This document shows, piece after piece, positions 48,701 to 62,691 of a stretch of DNA of 64,000 bases. Location: NCBI RefSeq assembly GCF_009834535.1, contig NC_045717.1, positions 16,802,001-16,866,000 of the forward strand, in the 5' to 3' direction. Under the pieces are notes generated by a model. The model did not search any database. It worked only from the letters and a program-made list of their open reading frames with translations, and was not told where the DNA came from. Position 1 is the first letter of the stretch, and every line of letters starts with the position of its first letter. This DNA is from Camelus ferus (lineage: Eukaryota). The position numbers and the translations under genes are program-made.

Positions 48701-51700
48701 GAGAGCCTCTCCGCAGAGGATAAAGAATCATACAGTATTGGGTTCGAATCCTGCTCAACTGTGTGACCTTGGGCGCGTGACTTAAATGCTCTGGGCCTCA
48801 GTTGCCTCACCTGTGAAATGGGGGTAAGAACCGCACCCAACTATGAGGACGAGCTGACATAATGTGGTGAGGTGCACAGAGCTGCTAGTGAGCGTCCTAT
48901 CGATTGTGGTTTTGGAGGCGGAGCTGGGCCTCAAGAATGAGTAAGATTTGTAAGGGAGGACCTGGGGGAAGGGCATTCCTAGAGAAGGGACTGGCTGGTG
49001 CAAGGACGTGAAGGGAAGGAAACAAGCCAAACCCAGAGCTCACAGGGACTTAAATGCCAGAATGAGTGCCGAGGAACCCTGGCGATTGTGAGATCAGGTG
49101 TGAGGGCTGGAGGGACCAAGACTGAAGACCAGGGTCCTGATCCGGGAATGGCCTGACCCCAGCCTGCCCTGCCTGCTTCCCAGATAAGCTTTTTGGGAAG
49201 CGGCTCCTGCAGGTGGGTCGGTATCTGGTGTCCCACAAGGCATGGATGAAGACGGTGCCCACAGAGAATTGCGACGTATTGATGACCTTCCCAGGTACCT
49301 GTGCCACCCGCCCAGGACCCAGACTGAGCTCCCCTAAGCAGGGCTCCCCTGAGTCTGTAGGAGGCCTGGGACCNNNNNNNNNNNNNNNNNNNNNNNNNNN
49401 NNNNNNNNNNNNNNNNNNNNNNNNNNNNNNNNNNNNNNNNNNNNNNNNNNNNNNNNNNNNNNNNNNNNNNNNNNNNNNNNNNNNNNNNNNNNNNNNNNNN
49501 NNNNNNNNNNNNNNNNNNNNNNNNNNNNNNNNNNNNNNNNNNNNNNNNNNNNNNNNNNNNNNNNNNNNNCGCTGACCCTGCTCCTCAGCTCCCCGCCCTT
49601 CCAAGCGCCAACTGCGAGGTCCAGCCACCCTGCATTTGTCCCAGGCGGCCACCAGGTACACCATCCCTAGTTCCAGGATGGTGAGCCAGGGTCTCCCCGT
49701 GATCCCACCTCCCCTGCCCTTCCCGCAGCCTACTCAGAGGGGCCGACGAGCTGGGTCTGCGCAAAGCAGTGAAGGCTGAGTTTGGCGGGGGCACCCGCGG
49801 ATTCTCCTGCGAGGAGGACTTCATCTACGAGAATGTGGAGAGTGAGCTGCGCTTCTTCACCTCCCAGGTGCGGCCGGCTCTGGCCCCCAGCGCACATTCC
49901 TAGCCCGTGGGCAGCTGCTCCCTGTGCTCACGCCCTATCCCCTGCAGGAGCGCCAGAGCATCATCCGCTTCTGGCTGCAGAACCTACGTGCCAAGCAGGG
50001 CGAGGCACTGCACAACGTGCGCTTTCTGGAAGACCAGCCAATCAGTGAGTGAGGCGGGGCCAACCTTCCAATCATATGTGGGGTGTCGGCTGGGATCCTA
50101 AGAGGAGGTATCAAAGTAGGAAGGGCTGGAAGGCGGGGCCTATATGCAACCAATCAAGGGCTACTGAAGAGTTGGGGGGGGGGCACCTGGAGATAGATCA
50201 ATGAACTGATGGGATGTGGCCTCAGCAAAGGGGTGGGGCTTGTCCCCTCAGAAGCAGGTCCCAGAGAAATTCTTTTTTGGGTCTGGGATAAGGTAGGGGC
50301 AGGACCATGGACAGCACTAGGTGTATTGTGCGGTGCTGCCGAGCCTCAGTTTCCCCTCCAGGAAACCAGCCACTGCAAGCTCACTTTCTAAAGCCAGCTT
50401 TGCACCATTCCTCAGACATTTTGAGCAAATATCTATTTAAAAACATGGTTCCCCACTAGGGCCCCACTCTTCCAGGTTTCCTGCACACTTACCCCCAGCC
50501 CCTGCACCTCCCAAATTTCCAAGGAGAACCAAATATTCCTTCCATTCAGAACTCCCCTGGGAAGAGGCTCTACAAGTTTAAGAGCAGACAAAAAGCTGTG
50601 ACTTGGGTTTCAGCCAAGGAGGGGCTGGCCAAACCCAGCACAGGCAGAAGGGTGGGGTCACCCATTCTTGTCCCCCAACAGTCCCTGAACTGGCGGCCCG
50701 AGGGATCATCCAACAGGTGTTTCCAGTCCACGAGCAGCGCATCCTGAACCGCCTCATGAAGTCATGGGTGCAGGCTGTGTGTGAAAACCAGCCTCTAGGT
50801 GTGGCCCAGGCTGGGGGATGGGTGAGGGGTCCCAGGAGGCAGGCAGGGCTAACTGGGACCCCTCTATCCCTGGCAGATGAGATCTGCGACTACTTTGGAG
50901 TCAAGATTGCCATGTACTTCGCCTGGCTGGGTTTCTACACATCAGCAATGGTGTACCCAGCTGTCTTTGGCTCTGTCCTGTACACATTCACGGAGGCTGA
51001 TCAGGTGCCGTGTGTGGACTGGACAGGGATTGGGGCACCCAAGATACTCCCCTACTTGTGCCAGACATTTCAGCCCTCTTCTGCTACCCTCAGACAAGCC
51101 GGGATGTATCCTGTGTGGTCTTTGCCCTCTTCAACGTGGTCTGGTCAACGCTGTTCCTGGAGGAGTGGAAACGGAGGGGGGCGGAGCTGGCCTATAAGTG
51201 GGGAACGTTGGACTCACCTGGGGAAGCCGTGGAGGAGCCACGACCCCAGTTCAGGGTCAGTTGGGGGAGGGTCTGAGAACGTCCAAAATTGGGTGAAGGG
51301 GAGAAAGCACACTGGTCGGGGGGTGGGGGTCCCTACGGGAACAAAGGGACGTATGAAATAGGGCTGCAGCATCCAAGAGGGTATGCCAAGTGGGGACTCC
51401 ACATGCTCAGAGGGAGAGGGGTGGGAAATTGGGTTTGAGGGACTGGGAAGGGTGCACTAGGTGGGGAGAGACAGGGACGCTGAGTTCGAAGGACTGGGAA
51501 GGGTATGAGGCAGAGGCAGCCCCTCTGATCTCATGTTAGGCCTGGGCTCCACCCTCTGGCAGGGCGTGCGACGCATCAGCCCCGTGACTCGGGCTGAAGA
51601 ATTCTACTACCCTCCCTGGAAGCGGCTGCTCTTCCAGCTGCTCGTGAGTCTCCCCCTGTGCCTCACCTGCCTGGCCTGCGTGTTCCTGCTCATGCTCGGC

Positions 51701-54700
51701 TGCTTCCAGCTGCAGGTGACCTCTGGCCCCTAGCCCTGGCCTTGGCCCACCCTGGCGACCACCTATCCAGGTGTACTCCAAGCCCAGCCCAGCTGCTGGG
51801 GTGATCCATGAACCCCATATCCCTGCAGGAGCTGGTGCTGAGCGTGAAGGGACTGCCCCGTCTCGCCCGCTTCCTGCCAAAAGTCATGCTAGCCCTGCTG
51901 GTCAGTGCAAGCGCAGAGGGCTACAAGAAGCTGGCTGTCTGGCTCAATGACATGGGTACGTCCCACTGCCCACCCCCCAGGAGGAAGGGCCCCACTGCCC
52001 TATGGGGTCCCAGGTGCCCAAGGCAGTCTGGGCCACCCCCTCACTCACCTCCTTGGCCCCTAGAGAATTACCGGCTGGAGAGCGCCTACGAGAAGCACCT
52101 CATTATCAAGGTTGTCCTGGTGAGTGGTGGTCAGCAGGCAGGCGGGGGCTCTGCAGGAGGCGTGTGGGGGCTTCTAGGGTCACGGCCTCAGAGTGACCAC
52201 CCACCTGCCTGCTTTCAACAGTTCCAATTCGTCAACTCATACCTGAGCCTCTTCTATATTGGCTTCTACCTCAAAGACATGGAGCGCCTGAAAGAGGTGA
52301 GACCCTGGCTGGAGGCAGCGCCCTCTGTGGCACCCTAGTGGGCCAGACCTGGCCCAAGGGGTCCACGGGCTCTCCAGCCCCTCCCCTCCTCCTCCATCCT
52401 TTTCTCCTCTCTGTCCATCCGTCTGTGTGTCCTCTCTGCCTGTTGCTCCCTCCATCTGTCCGTCCACCTGTCCATCCATCCCTCCACAGCTCCTGATCGT
52501 CCTGTCCCTGTCCCAGAGCCTCGAGCGGCAGCTTTGGGCGGTGCTGGTCCCGCTCGTGGCCCTGCGGTTCCGCCTGTTCCTCCTCTCCCTCCAGGGTCTC
52601 CTGCTCGTGGCCCGGGCCAAAGTACAGGCAGATGGCGAGCCCTCGGGGCCTCGCCAGGGTGGGCAGTGTGGCTGTGCTGGAGGCCTCACGCCGAGCTGAG
52701 GGTGCATGCTCTGAGGGGACGGGGCTCAGCTGATGAGGTGCAAGTGGCGGGGGCCCCTCCAGGCCCCGGGGACCAGCTAAGCTCCCAGGTGGTGATGCAA
52801 GCATGGAGGCCTGAGGCTTCCTAGGAGTTTGGCTAGGAGCGCTGTGGCCTGCTGGGCTGTGGTTTGGGGTTGCCTCCCTGTCCAGGGTCATCCAAATTGG
52901 GTTCAGGGCGTGTGTGCAAGCGTATGCTCCAGGAGGGTGGCCTGTCTCCGCACAGCCTGTCCAAGTGCCTGGGGCACCGCCTGCCCCCCACGTGGCCTTT
53001 CTCCATCCCCTTCCTGCCCCCAGATGCTGGCCACCCTGCTGATCACCCGCCAGTTCCTCCAGAATGTTCGGGAGGTGCTGCAGCCCCATCTGTACCGGCG
53101 ACTGGGCCGTGGCGAGCTTGGCCTGCGGGCCGCTTGGGAGCTGGCCCGTGCCCTACTTGGCCTGCTGAGCCTCCGGCGCCCTGCACTCCACCACCTCGAA
53201 CCCCAGGCTGAAGAGGGTGGTGGTGGCAGCAGCAGTGGTGGGGGGCGCAGGTGTCTCAGCGGGGGCTGTGGGGCTCCTGAGGAGGAGGAGGAAGCCACAA
53301 TGGAGCGGCGGCCCGCGGGGGAAGGTGGGGAAATAGGGGATGGGCCTCGGGGGGGCAAGGAGGAGGAGGAGGAGGACGAGGATGAGGATGAGGAAGAGGA
53401 GGATGAGGATGAGGACGAAGGTGAAGAAGACGGCCTCCTGGACTGCGGGCTCCGACTGAAGAAGGTCAGCTTTGCTGAGCGAGGGTCTGGGCGGCGTCGA
53501 CCTGGCCCAAGCCCAGAGGCCCTCCTGGAGGAGGGGAGCCCTACCATGGTGGAGAAGGGGCTGGAACCAAGTGTGTTCACACTGGCTGAGGAAGATGATG
53601 AGGCCGAAGGGGCTCCCAGCAGCCCTGAGCGGGAACCCCCGGCTGTTCTGCTTCGCCGGGCCGGAGGCGAGGGCCGAGATCAGGGGCCTGATGGGGGCCC
53701 GGACCCAGAGCCAGGTTCGGGTGACTCAGCTCGGAGGCAGCGTCGGCAGAACAGGTCATCTTGGATCGACCCACCAGAGGAGGAACACTCACCCCAGCTC
53801 ACCCAGGCCGAGCTGGAGAGCTGTATGAAGAAATATGAGGTGTGGAGGGCACCTGAGGGTGGAAGCAGGGCCCTCAGAGGGGCGCAGCACACAGTCTGAG
53901 GGTGGGGGTGGGGTTGGGGTGACGGGAAGGAGTCAGGGGACCCTTGTTGTGGTCAGCAACCTGCCAAAGGGGGAGCTCTGGGTCCATGCAGGATAATGTG
54001 AGGGAAGTGGGCTTGATAAGAGGAAGAAGGTCTGAGGGAAGACGTGGCCTGGTCGGAGGGAGAGCCCTAGGCCACGCCCAGGTGCCCGTCCACAGGACAC
54101 GTTCCAGGACTACCAGGAGATGTTTGTGCAGTTTGGCTACGTCGTGCTCTTCTCGTCTGCCTTCCCGCTGGCCGCCCTCTGCGCTCTGGTCAACAACCTC
54201 ATCGAGATCCGCAGCGACGCCCTCAAGCTGTGCACGGGGCTGCAGCGGCCCTTTGGGCAGCGGGTGGAGAGCATTGGCCAGTGGCAGGTGGGAAGTTGGG
54301 CCGAGGGCTTGGAGCGGGGGTCCACTGAGGAGGAGAATGGGCTGGGGAGGGTGGCTGGACCCCACCTGAGCCCCAGTGTTCCTCCTGCAGAAGGTGATGG
54401 AGGTCATGGGTGTCCTAGCAATCGTGGTCAACTGCTATCTCATTGGCCAGTGTGGGCAGCTGCAGCGCCTCTTCCCCTGGCTCAGCCCCGAGGCGGCCAT
54501 CGTGTCTGTGGTGGTGCTTGAGGTGGGCCTGGCGGCCGGGCGGGGGAGCCAGGTGGTGGGTAGGCATCCCCGCGCCTGCAGCCTCCTTCTCTGTCACCTC
54601 AGCACTTCGCTCTGCTCCTCAAGTACCTCATCCACGTGGCCATCCCCGACATCCCAGGCTGGGTGGCTGAGGAGATGGCCAAGCTGGAGTACCAGCGCCG

Positions 54701-57552
54701 GGAGGCATTTAAGGTACAGGGGCTGGGAAATGCTTTCCTTCTCTGCTAAGTGGGGCTTCTCCACCCCACCTGGCTGGCAGCCAAGTCCTTAGCAGGAGGG
54801 CAGATGAGCAGAGCTCAGTGTAGTAATTGGCATTCCAAAGGGGCCCGGTCCCTTTCGGAATCCTGGTGGTATCCAGTCCAGCACCAGACTGGTGCTCATG
54901 AACTGTCATCTGCCAGCTCACCCAGCATTGCCCTGTTTGGGGCCAGGGACACAGCTGATGCTTCCTAGAAGCCCAGCCTCTGCCGCATTCCTCAGAAAGC
55001 TGCAGGGCGGGCCAAGGAGCTCGTTGGCACTGACCAGCGGAGCTATCCACGATGATGGAAGTGTTCTAGGTCTGCCCTGCCCATGTAGCCCCTCATTACA
55101 GATGGCCAATGAGTGCTTGAAATGGGGCTGGTGCAACTGAGAAACAGAATTTTTTTCTTTTCTTGTCTTGTCTTGTCTTGTCTTGTCTTGTCTTGTCTTG
55201 TCTTGTCTTTGAATGATTTTAATTGACATTGACAAAGGCACGTGCAGCCATTGGACTGGCCAGTGTGGACCCTGTTCTGACCCAGTCACAGCTCTGTCTC
55301 ACCAGTTCTCCAGAAAGCAGGGAATCGTTGAAGCCCAATATTTGTTTATACTCTCCCAATTCCTAAAACAGTGTCTGGCATGTGACCAGGGACAGAGTTG
55401 GTGGCCAGTAAATGTTCATTCTCTTCTTGATTCTCAGAAAGTACTGGCATGGGTCCAGGGATGCAGTTGGTGCCCAATAAGTGTTTAGATCTCTCAGCAC
55501 TTCTACAGAGCCCCAGGGTGGGTCTAGGGATGCAGCAATCACCCAGTGAGTGTTTGGATTTCTCCCCACTTTGGTAGAGAGCACTGGCATGGGCCTGGGC
55601 CTGGGTGGGCACCCACTCACATACCCCCTCTTCCCAGTCTCCATAATGGCTCTGTTCTGCCCACAGAGACATGAGCGCCAGGCCCAGCACCGCTATCAGC
55701 AGCAGCAGCGGCGGAGGCGGGAGGAGGAGGAGCGCCAGCGCCACGCGGAGCATCATGCCCGGAGGGAGCGCGACACCAGTGGACGGGAGGAGGCTCGGGC
55801 TGAGGGCTCCGGGCAGGACCCAGCTGCCCCTGAGAAGGCCTCAGCCAAGGCCAAGGGCAGTGGGGCAGGCAGTCATGGGCCAGAGCGGCCCAAGCGCCCA
55901 GGGTCCCTGCTGGCACCTAACAACGTCATGAAGCTGAAGCAGATCATCCCACTGCAGAGCAAGTTCCTGTCATCCGGGGCCGCGTCCTCACTGGCTAGCG
56001 TGGGGGCTGGCCTCACCGCCCGGCCGCCCCCTGCCCAGTCGCCCACGGGTAGCGACACCCGCCTGCCAGCTTTCCTCAGCTTCAAATTCCTCAAGTCACC
56101 TGAGACCCGGCGGGACCCTGAGCGTAGCCACTCGCCACCCAAGGCCTTCCACGCCGGCAAGCTCTTCCCCTTCGGCGGGGCCCGGGCTGAGGCCGGGTCC
56201 AACGGGGCGGGCGGGCAGGCCCGGCAGGACGGGACCCCCGGCGGTGGCAGTGGCCGGGCCCAGCGGAGTGGGCCGGCGGACGAGGCTACAGCTGAGGAGC
56301 CGGACACACCCCGGCCCGAAGAGGAAGGCTCAGGTCACAAGCTTTAACTCGGGGGTGGGGATTCCAGGCCAGGCTTTGGGGGTAGGGGTGGGGTGTCCAG
56401 GCCTGGGGAGAGGGGCTAAAGGGAAGAGAGGAGGCCCAGTCTCCAGTACCAGTTGAGGACCTGGGTATGTGGCACCTGGAGTGTCTCGGTCAAAGCCTAC
56501 TCTCTTTCCGGGACCCCTGAGAGCCTGGAGCCCTGTGCCTGACCCTCCTCATCTCCAGGGAGGGATGCCAAAGTCCCCTGTCCCAGTGTCCGTCCCAGGG
56601 CGCCTGCCTGCCATGCTCTGGTGCCAGGAGAGATGAGGGAGACCCCTTCACCATCTGGCCCTGCCTCTCCTGCCCCCATGAGATCCCACAGCCAGCTCAT
56701 TCTGGGGGGACTGGACCCCCCAGGCCTCTATGCAAGTCCCCAACCTGCAGCCCAGCTGTTGGAGGAGGCCTTCCTTGAAGGTGGGGCTAGGGCTGCTCAC
56801 CCAGGGAGTTCAGGGCACTCAGCCACAGGCTGCACCCATATGTGTGCTGAGCAGAGCCACAGGCCTTGCTGCCACCCCTCCCACCTCATCCCAGCCTGGG
56901 GTCCAGCAGCCCATCCCAGGGAGCCCAAGAGGTGGCAGCTGTAGCACCAGGGACATAGGTCTGAAGTCAGAGGGACTTCCTCAGACTCCTCTCTCCGTGA
57001 GGGGGAGGCGACCAGTGCCCAGAGGCGGGGAATGCACCCGAAGAAGCCTATCCCTTGTCTGATCAGAAGCAATAAGGCCCTCGATGTGCCTGAAAGCCCG
57101 GGAGGGAGCGCGGGCAGGGTCCCCAGCGGCGGGGGCGGCAACTCCCCGGAACGGCCCCTCTCGCCTCCGCAGGGACAGCGCTGGCCCCCATGGGCGCCCC
57201 CGCCCTCCGCACCCGCCGCAGCCGGAGCCCTGCGCCGCCGCCACAGCCGCCGCCAACACCGCTGCCCCGGCCCCCGACGCCACCCGCCGGCTGCTGGCAG
57301 TGGGACGGGCCGTGGGGCTGCGGGGGCGAGGGCACCGCCCCCCGCCAGGCTCCGGCCACCGCCGAGTGCCCGCCCTGCGCCCTCGCCGGGCCCCCGCCCG
57401 CCCCCCAGCCCCTGCCGGGGGACGCCAGCTTCTACAGCCTCCCACCGCCGCCGCCTCCCTCCTCCGAGCCCTCAGAGCCCCCGGCGCCTTCGCCCAGCCC
57501 CAGCCCCAGCCCCAGCCCCCAGGCCGTGTGCTGGCCCAGCGGCTGGCATTAG
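48310..57552 (+). CDS. ANO8: Anoctamin-8 (TMEM16H); exon 3 hidden in the assembly gap
   Basis: Exons 48310-48415, 49184-49294, [exon 3 in gap], 49729-49867, 49948-50044, 50682-50798, 50877-51004, 51094-51255, 51563-51715, 51829-51955, 52064-52119, 52222-52296, 53024-53839, 54096-54287, 54391-54522, 54603-54713, 55667-56333, 57173-57552. TMEM16 motifs (DYFGVKIAMYFAWLGFY; DYQEMFVQFGYVVLFSSAFPLA; NNLIEIRSDA), acidic loop, ends CWPSGWH*. Confidence 0.96.
49374..49569. other. Assembly gap (196 N) covering the expected ANO8 exon 3
   Basis: Run of N between exons 2 and 4. The phase change from 1 to 2 requires a missing exon. Confidence 0.95.
52490..52621 (+). CDS. ANO8: Candidate in-frame cassette exon of ANO8 (44 aa)
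   Basis: Polypyrimidine tract plus CAG acceptor, AAA|GTACAG donor, 132 nt in phase 0/0, coding-like codon use: LLIVLSLSQSLERQLWAVLVPLVALRFRLFLLSLQGLLLVARAK. Confidence 0.55.
55161..55209. repeat. (TCTTG)n pentanucleotide microsatellite
   Basis: Nine perfect units read directly from the sequence. Confidence 0.95.
55300..55600. repeat. Degenerate 70-bp tandem array in ANO8 intron 16
   Basis: CTGGCATG..CCAGGGA..CAG..GG..CCCA.TAA.TGTT unit at about 55371, 55441, 55511 and 55581. Confidence 0.6.
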
Positions 57553-57836
57553 CTCCACCCACCCTGCCTTCCTGTTTTCATATGCAATATCAACCACGGA
57601 CCCGGGCGGCGGCTGCCTTCCAGAAAACGCTTCCACCCAGCCAGATGTACCCCAGTATTGGCTGTCCCCTCCTGGGACAGCCCCTCCAGGGGCCCCTCTA
57701 TCTGCCGTTTCCCTTTCTACCAGGATGGGGGAAATGAAAGGAAATCCCAAAAACACAACAGAAAACACACAGAATAGGCGATTATTTATTTGTTTTTAAT
57801 TTATTTTGTCATATTTTTGTAAAACGGCAGAAATGC

Positions 57837-57842
57837 AATAAA
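57837..57842 (+). terminator. ANO8 poly(A) signal
   Basis: AATAAA about 285 nt after the stop codon. Confidence 0.8.
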
Positions 57843-59732
57843 AAGTATATTTCGACAGTGCCCAAGGATGTAGCAGTGGAAAGGGGACTCAAGGGCCTAA
57901 TGACTTGAGGTTGGTGCCAGCTCTCTGGGGGCCTGGCAGGCCCAGGGTGGGTTCCCCTCCTGTCTGTCCTGTGACCCTTGAGGAGCTCCTCCTAAGAACT
58001 AGGTCTCCAGGCCATGGATGGAAAACTCCAGACTGTGCTGCCTCTGAAACGGCCCAGATTTGAGGGCCAATTCCAGGCCCAGGGGCCCCTGGGAGGAGCT
58101 ATAGAGCCTCAGGCCCTGTCTTCAACCTCCGAGAGAAAGGAAGAAATCTTAAAGTGTTGACAGGACTCAGCAGTTTGGGCCTCAGTCCTGCAGGGCTGCA
58201 CTTTCTGGCACATCTACTTCCCAGGTCGCCATCTTAAGAGTCAGGGGTGGTATGGAAAAGCTGGGGTGTGGAAATCAGAAGGCACCTGGTGCCTGAGTCA
58301 TGGTGTTGAGGGGATGTCATGTTTGGTGGTGGCACTGGGGAACTGCTGGATGCCCCACTGTGGGACAGCTGTCAGACCCAAGTCACTGGGACTCTTCACT
58401 GTGTGATCAGGGATAGATGTGGCCTCTTCCGCTCTTAGGCATATCCACATCCAAAGGCTAGAGCCTGATGGGCCCCACCCCAGGGCGGGGAGCCTGGGGG
58501 GAGCCAGTGTGAGGAAGGGGCACTTTGAGGGGGTGCTGTGAAAGAAGTCAGGGTTCACTGGAGGCAGGACAGCAGCCTGTGCAAAGGCACAGAGGTGTGG
58601 GAAGGCAGTTTGGTGACTGGGGGAGCAGAGTAAGGGGGGCCCCAGAGACAGAGGGGTGGGTGGAGGCCGTTTGACGGCCCTGTGCTAGGAGGCCACAGGG
58701 AGGCTGTGGGACCCCTGCCTACATTGTGGATGGCACTGGCAAGAGACAGAACCCAGCCCCTCAAAGGGGGAACTGGAGCCAGGGAGGTGTGAGTGAGTCT
58801 CCAGGAAGGACAGGCTACAGCTGGCTCCCACTCAGCCCCATGGCCTTTGAAGCTGAAGTCCTGCCCTCAACTCAGCCACCAACAAATGGTGATGCCACAT
58901 GCCTGCCCAGGGTCAGGCCAAGCCCTGTGACTGGGGGATTCCAAGCCAGTCTGCGAGCCTCTAGGGACTTAGCCCTCCCAGGCACAACCACGGTCAAGCT
59001 TGCCTTTCCTGAGGACCTGCCTTGGGACCATAAGAACTGAATGGTGTAGACATGCCCAGAGCTGAGCACCCCCAGCATGGCTGGGTGGCCGACCATGGAA
59101 CCTTCCACCTGGGAGGTGCTGGGCAGCTGAGGCGGGGCCTGCCCCATGGCCCAACCCCTCACCACCCCCAACACCCCAGCACTCAGCTCCAAAACTCTGG
59201 CTTGCACTCAGGCCTTGAACCTTCTGCCCAGAGCCCAAATGACCCCTATGTGTCTGGGCTCAGCCGCAAACCCAGCCCAGCTGGCGGCCCATGAGTGGCT
59301 GTAGAACCCGTGGACAACGGTGGGCATTCCGCGACGCTCCGGGTGCCTCCTCTCTGAGCCAGGGGTGCATGAGGCCGGGCCACCTGTGCGGTGTCCACAG
59401 TGGCTGGTGGGCATGCCACCCTGCTCGCCAGGGTCCTGAGCGTGGGGTCCACCACAACTCCATCCTCGGCAGCATGGACCATCTCTCTGTGGGTGCCTTG
59501 GTCCTCAGGGACACCTTGACAGGTGAGGCAGAGGGGCGGGTCCAGGCAGGTCTTGGCTCTGAGCGAGACGGCCACAGCAGGCCCACGAGAGAATCCAGCT
59601 GGTCCTGGGGCCCCAGTGCCTGGGGGGCCCCCCTTGGCTCCTCTTGGTGATGATGGGATGACTCTCAGTGGCTCCGTCCTCTGGGGCTGAGGCACGCCGA
59701 GCAAAAACGCGAGATCGGGTAGGAAAGATCCT

Positions 59733-59738
59733 TTTATT
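59733..59738 (-). terminator. Proximal DDA1 poly(A) signal
   Basis: Plus TTTATT (minus AATAAA) about 570 nt after the DDA1 stop codon. Confidence 0.6.
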
Positions 59739-60306
59739 GGGGTGGACACGGAGCACGCACTAGTCCATGATAAAATGACTTAAGAGAAAGATCCAGAAGG
59801 GCTGACTTCTCCCCCTTACGCATGCTCAGAGCAAGGTCTGGGCACCGAATAGGTCCCGGTGGAGCTCGAGACAAGGCAAAGTCTTTAAGGCCCAGACCGG
59901 CAGGTGGGAGCCGGGAGTAAGGCCTGCTTCCACCCCCGCCACCAGGCCACAGCAGGGCCCTGGCTCTAGACCCTCGCAGACTCACTCCAGTTTTCCAGAG
60001 GAGAACTGGGGAGCAAGAGGAGGGGGACTGGAGGTGGAGAGGTGAGTAACAGGTTGTTTTTTTAAAAAGCATCTACCAACATCACACTACTACTGGGTCT
60101 GACGTCCCCTTTAACCATCGCTTGGTACATTTTACAGCATAAATAAAAACTCAGGGAAAATAAATACATCGGCTCCTATGAGGTTGGAAGTGGTGTGGAC
60201 TGTGGGGCATGGGTGGGCCGGCGGCAGGAGTGGGTGGGGGCGCTTACACAAGGCGGGCGGGCGAGGAGCAGACAAGACAGGAGGCGCCTGTGGGGGAGCG
60301 GGAGTC

Positions 60307-62691
<2,385 letters not shown>

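Noticed and set aside
47783-48758. Long overlapping ORFs (224-287 aa) on the minus strand at the ANO8 promoter
   Set aside because: CpG-island composition suppresses stop codons. They are low-complexity Arg/Pro/Ala products with no domain signal.
56981-57799. Alternative-frame ORFs over the ANO8 last exon
   Set aside because: Shadow frames of a GC-rich exon. Only the frame ending CWPSGWH matches ANO8.
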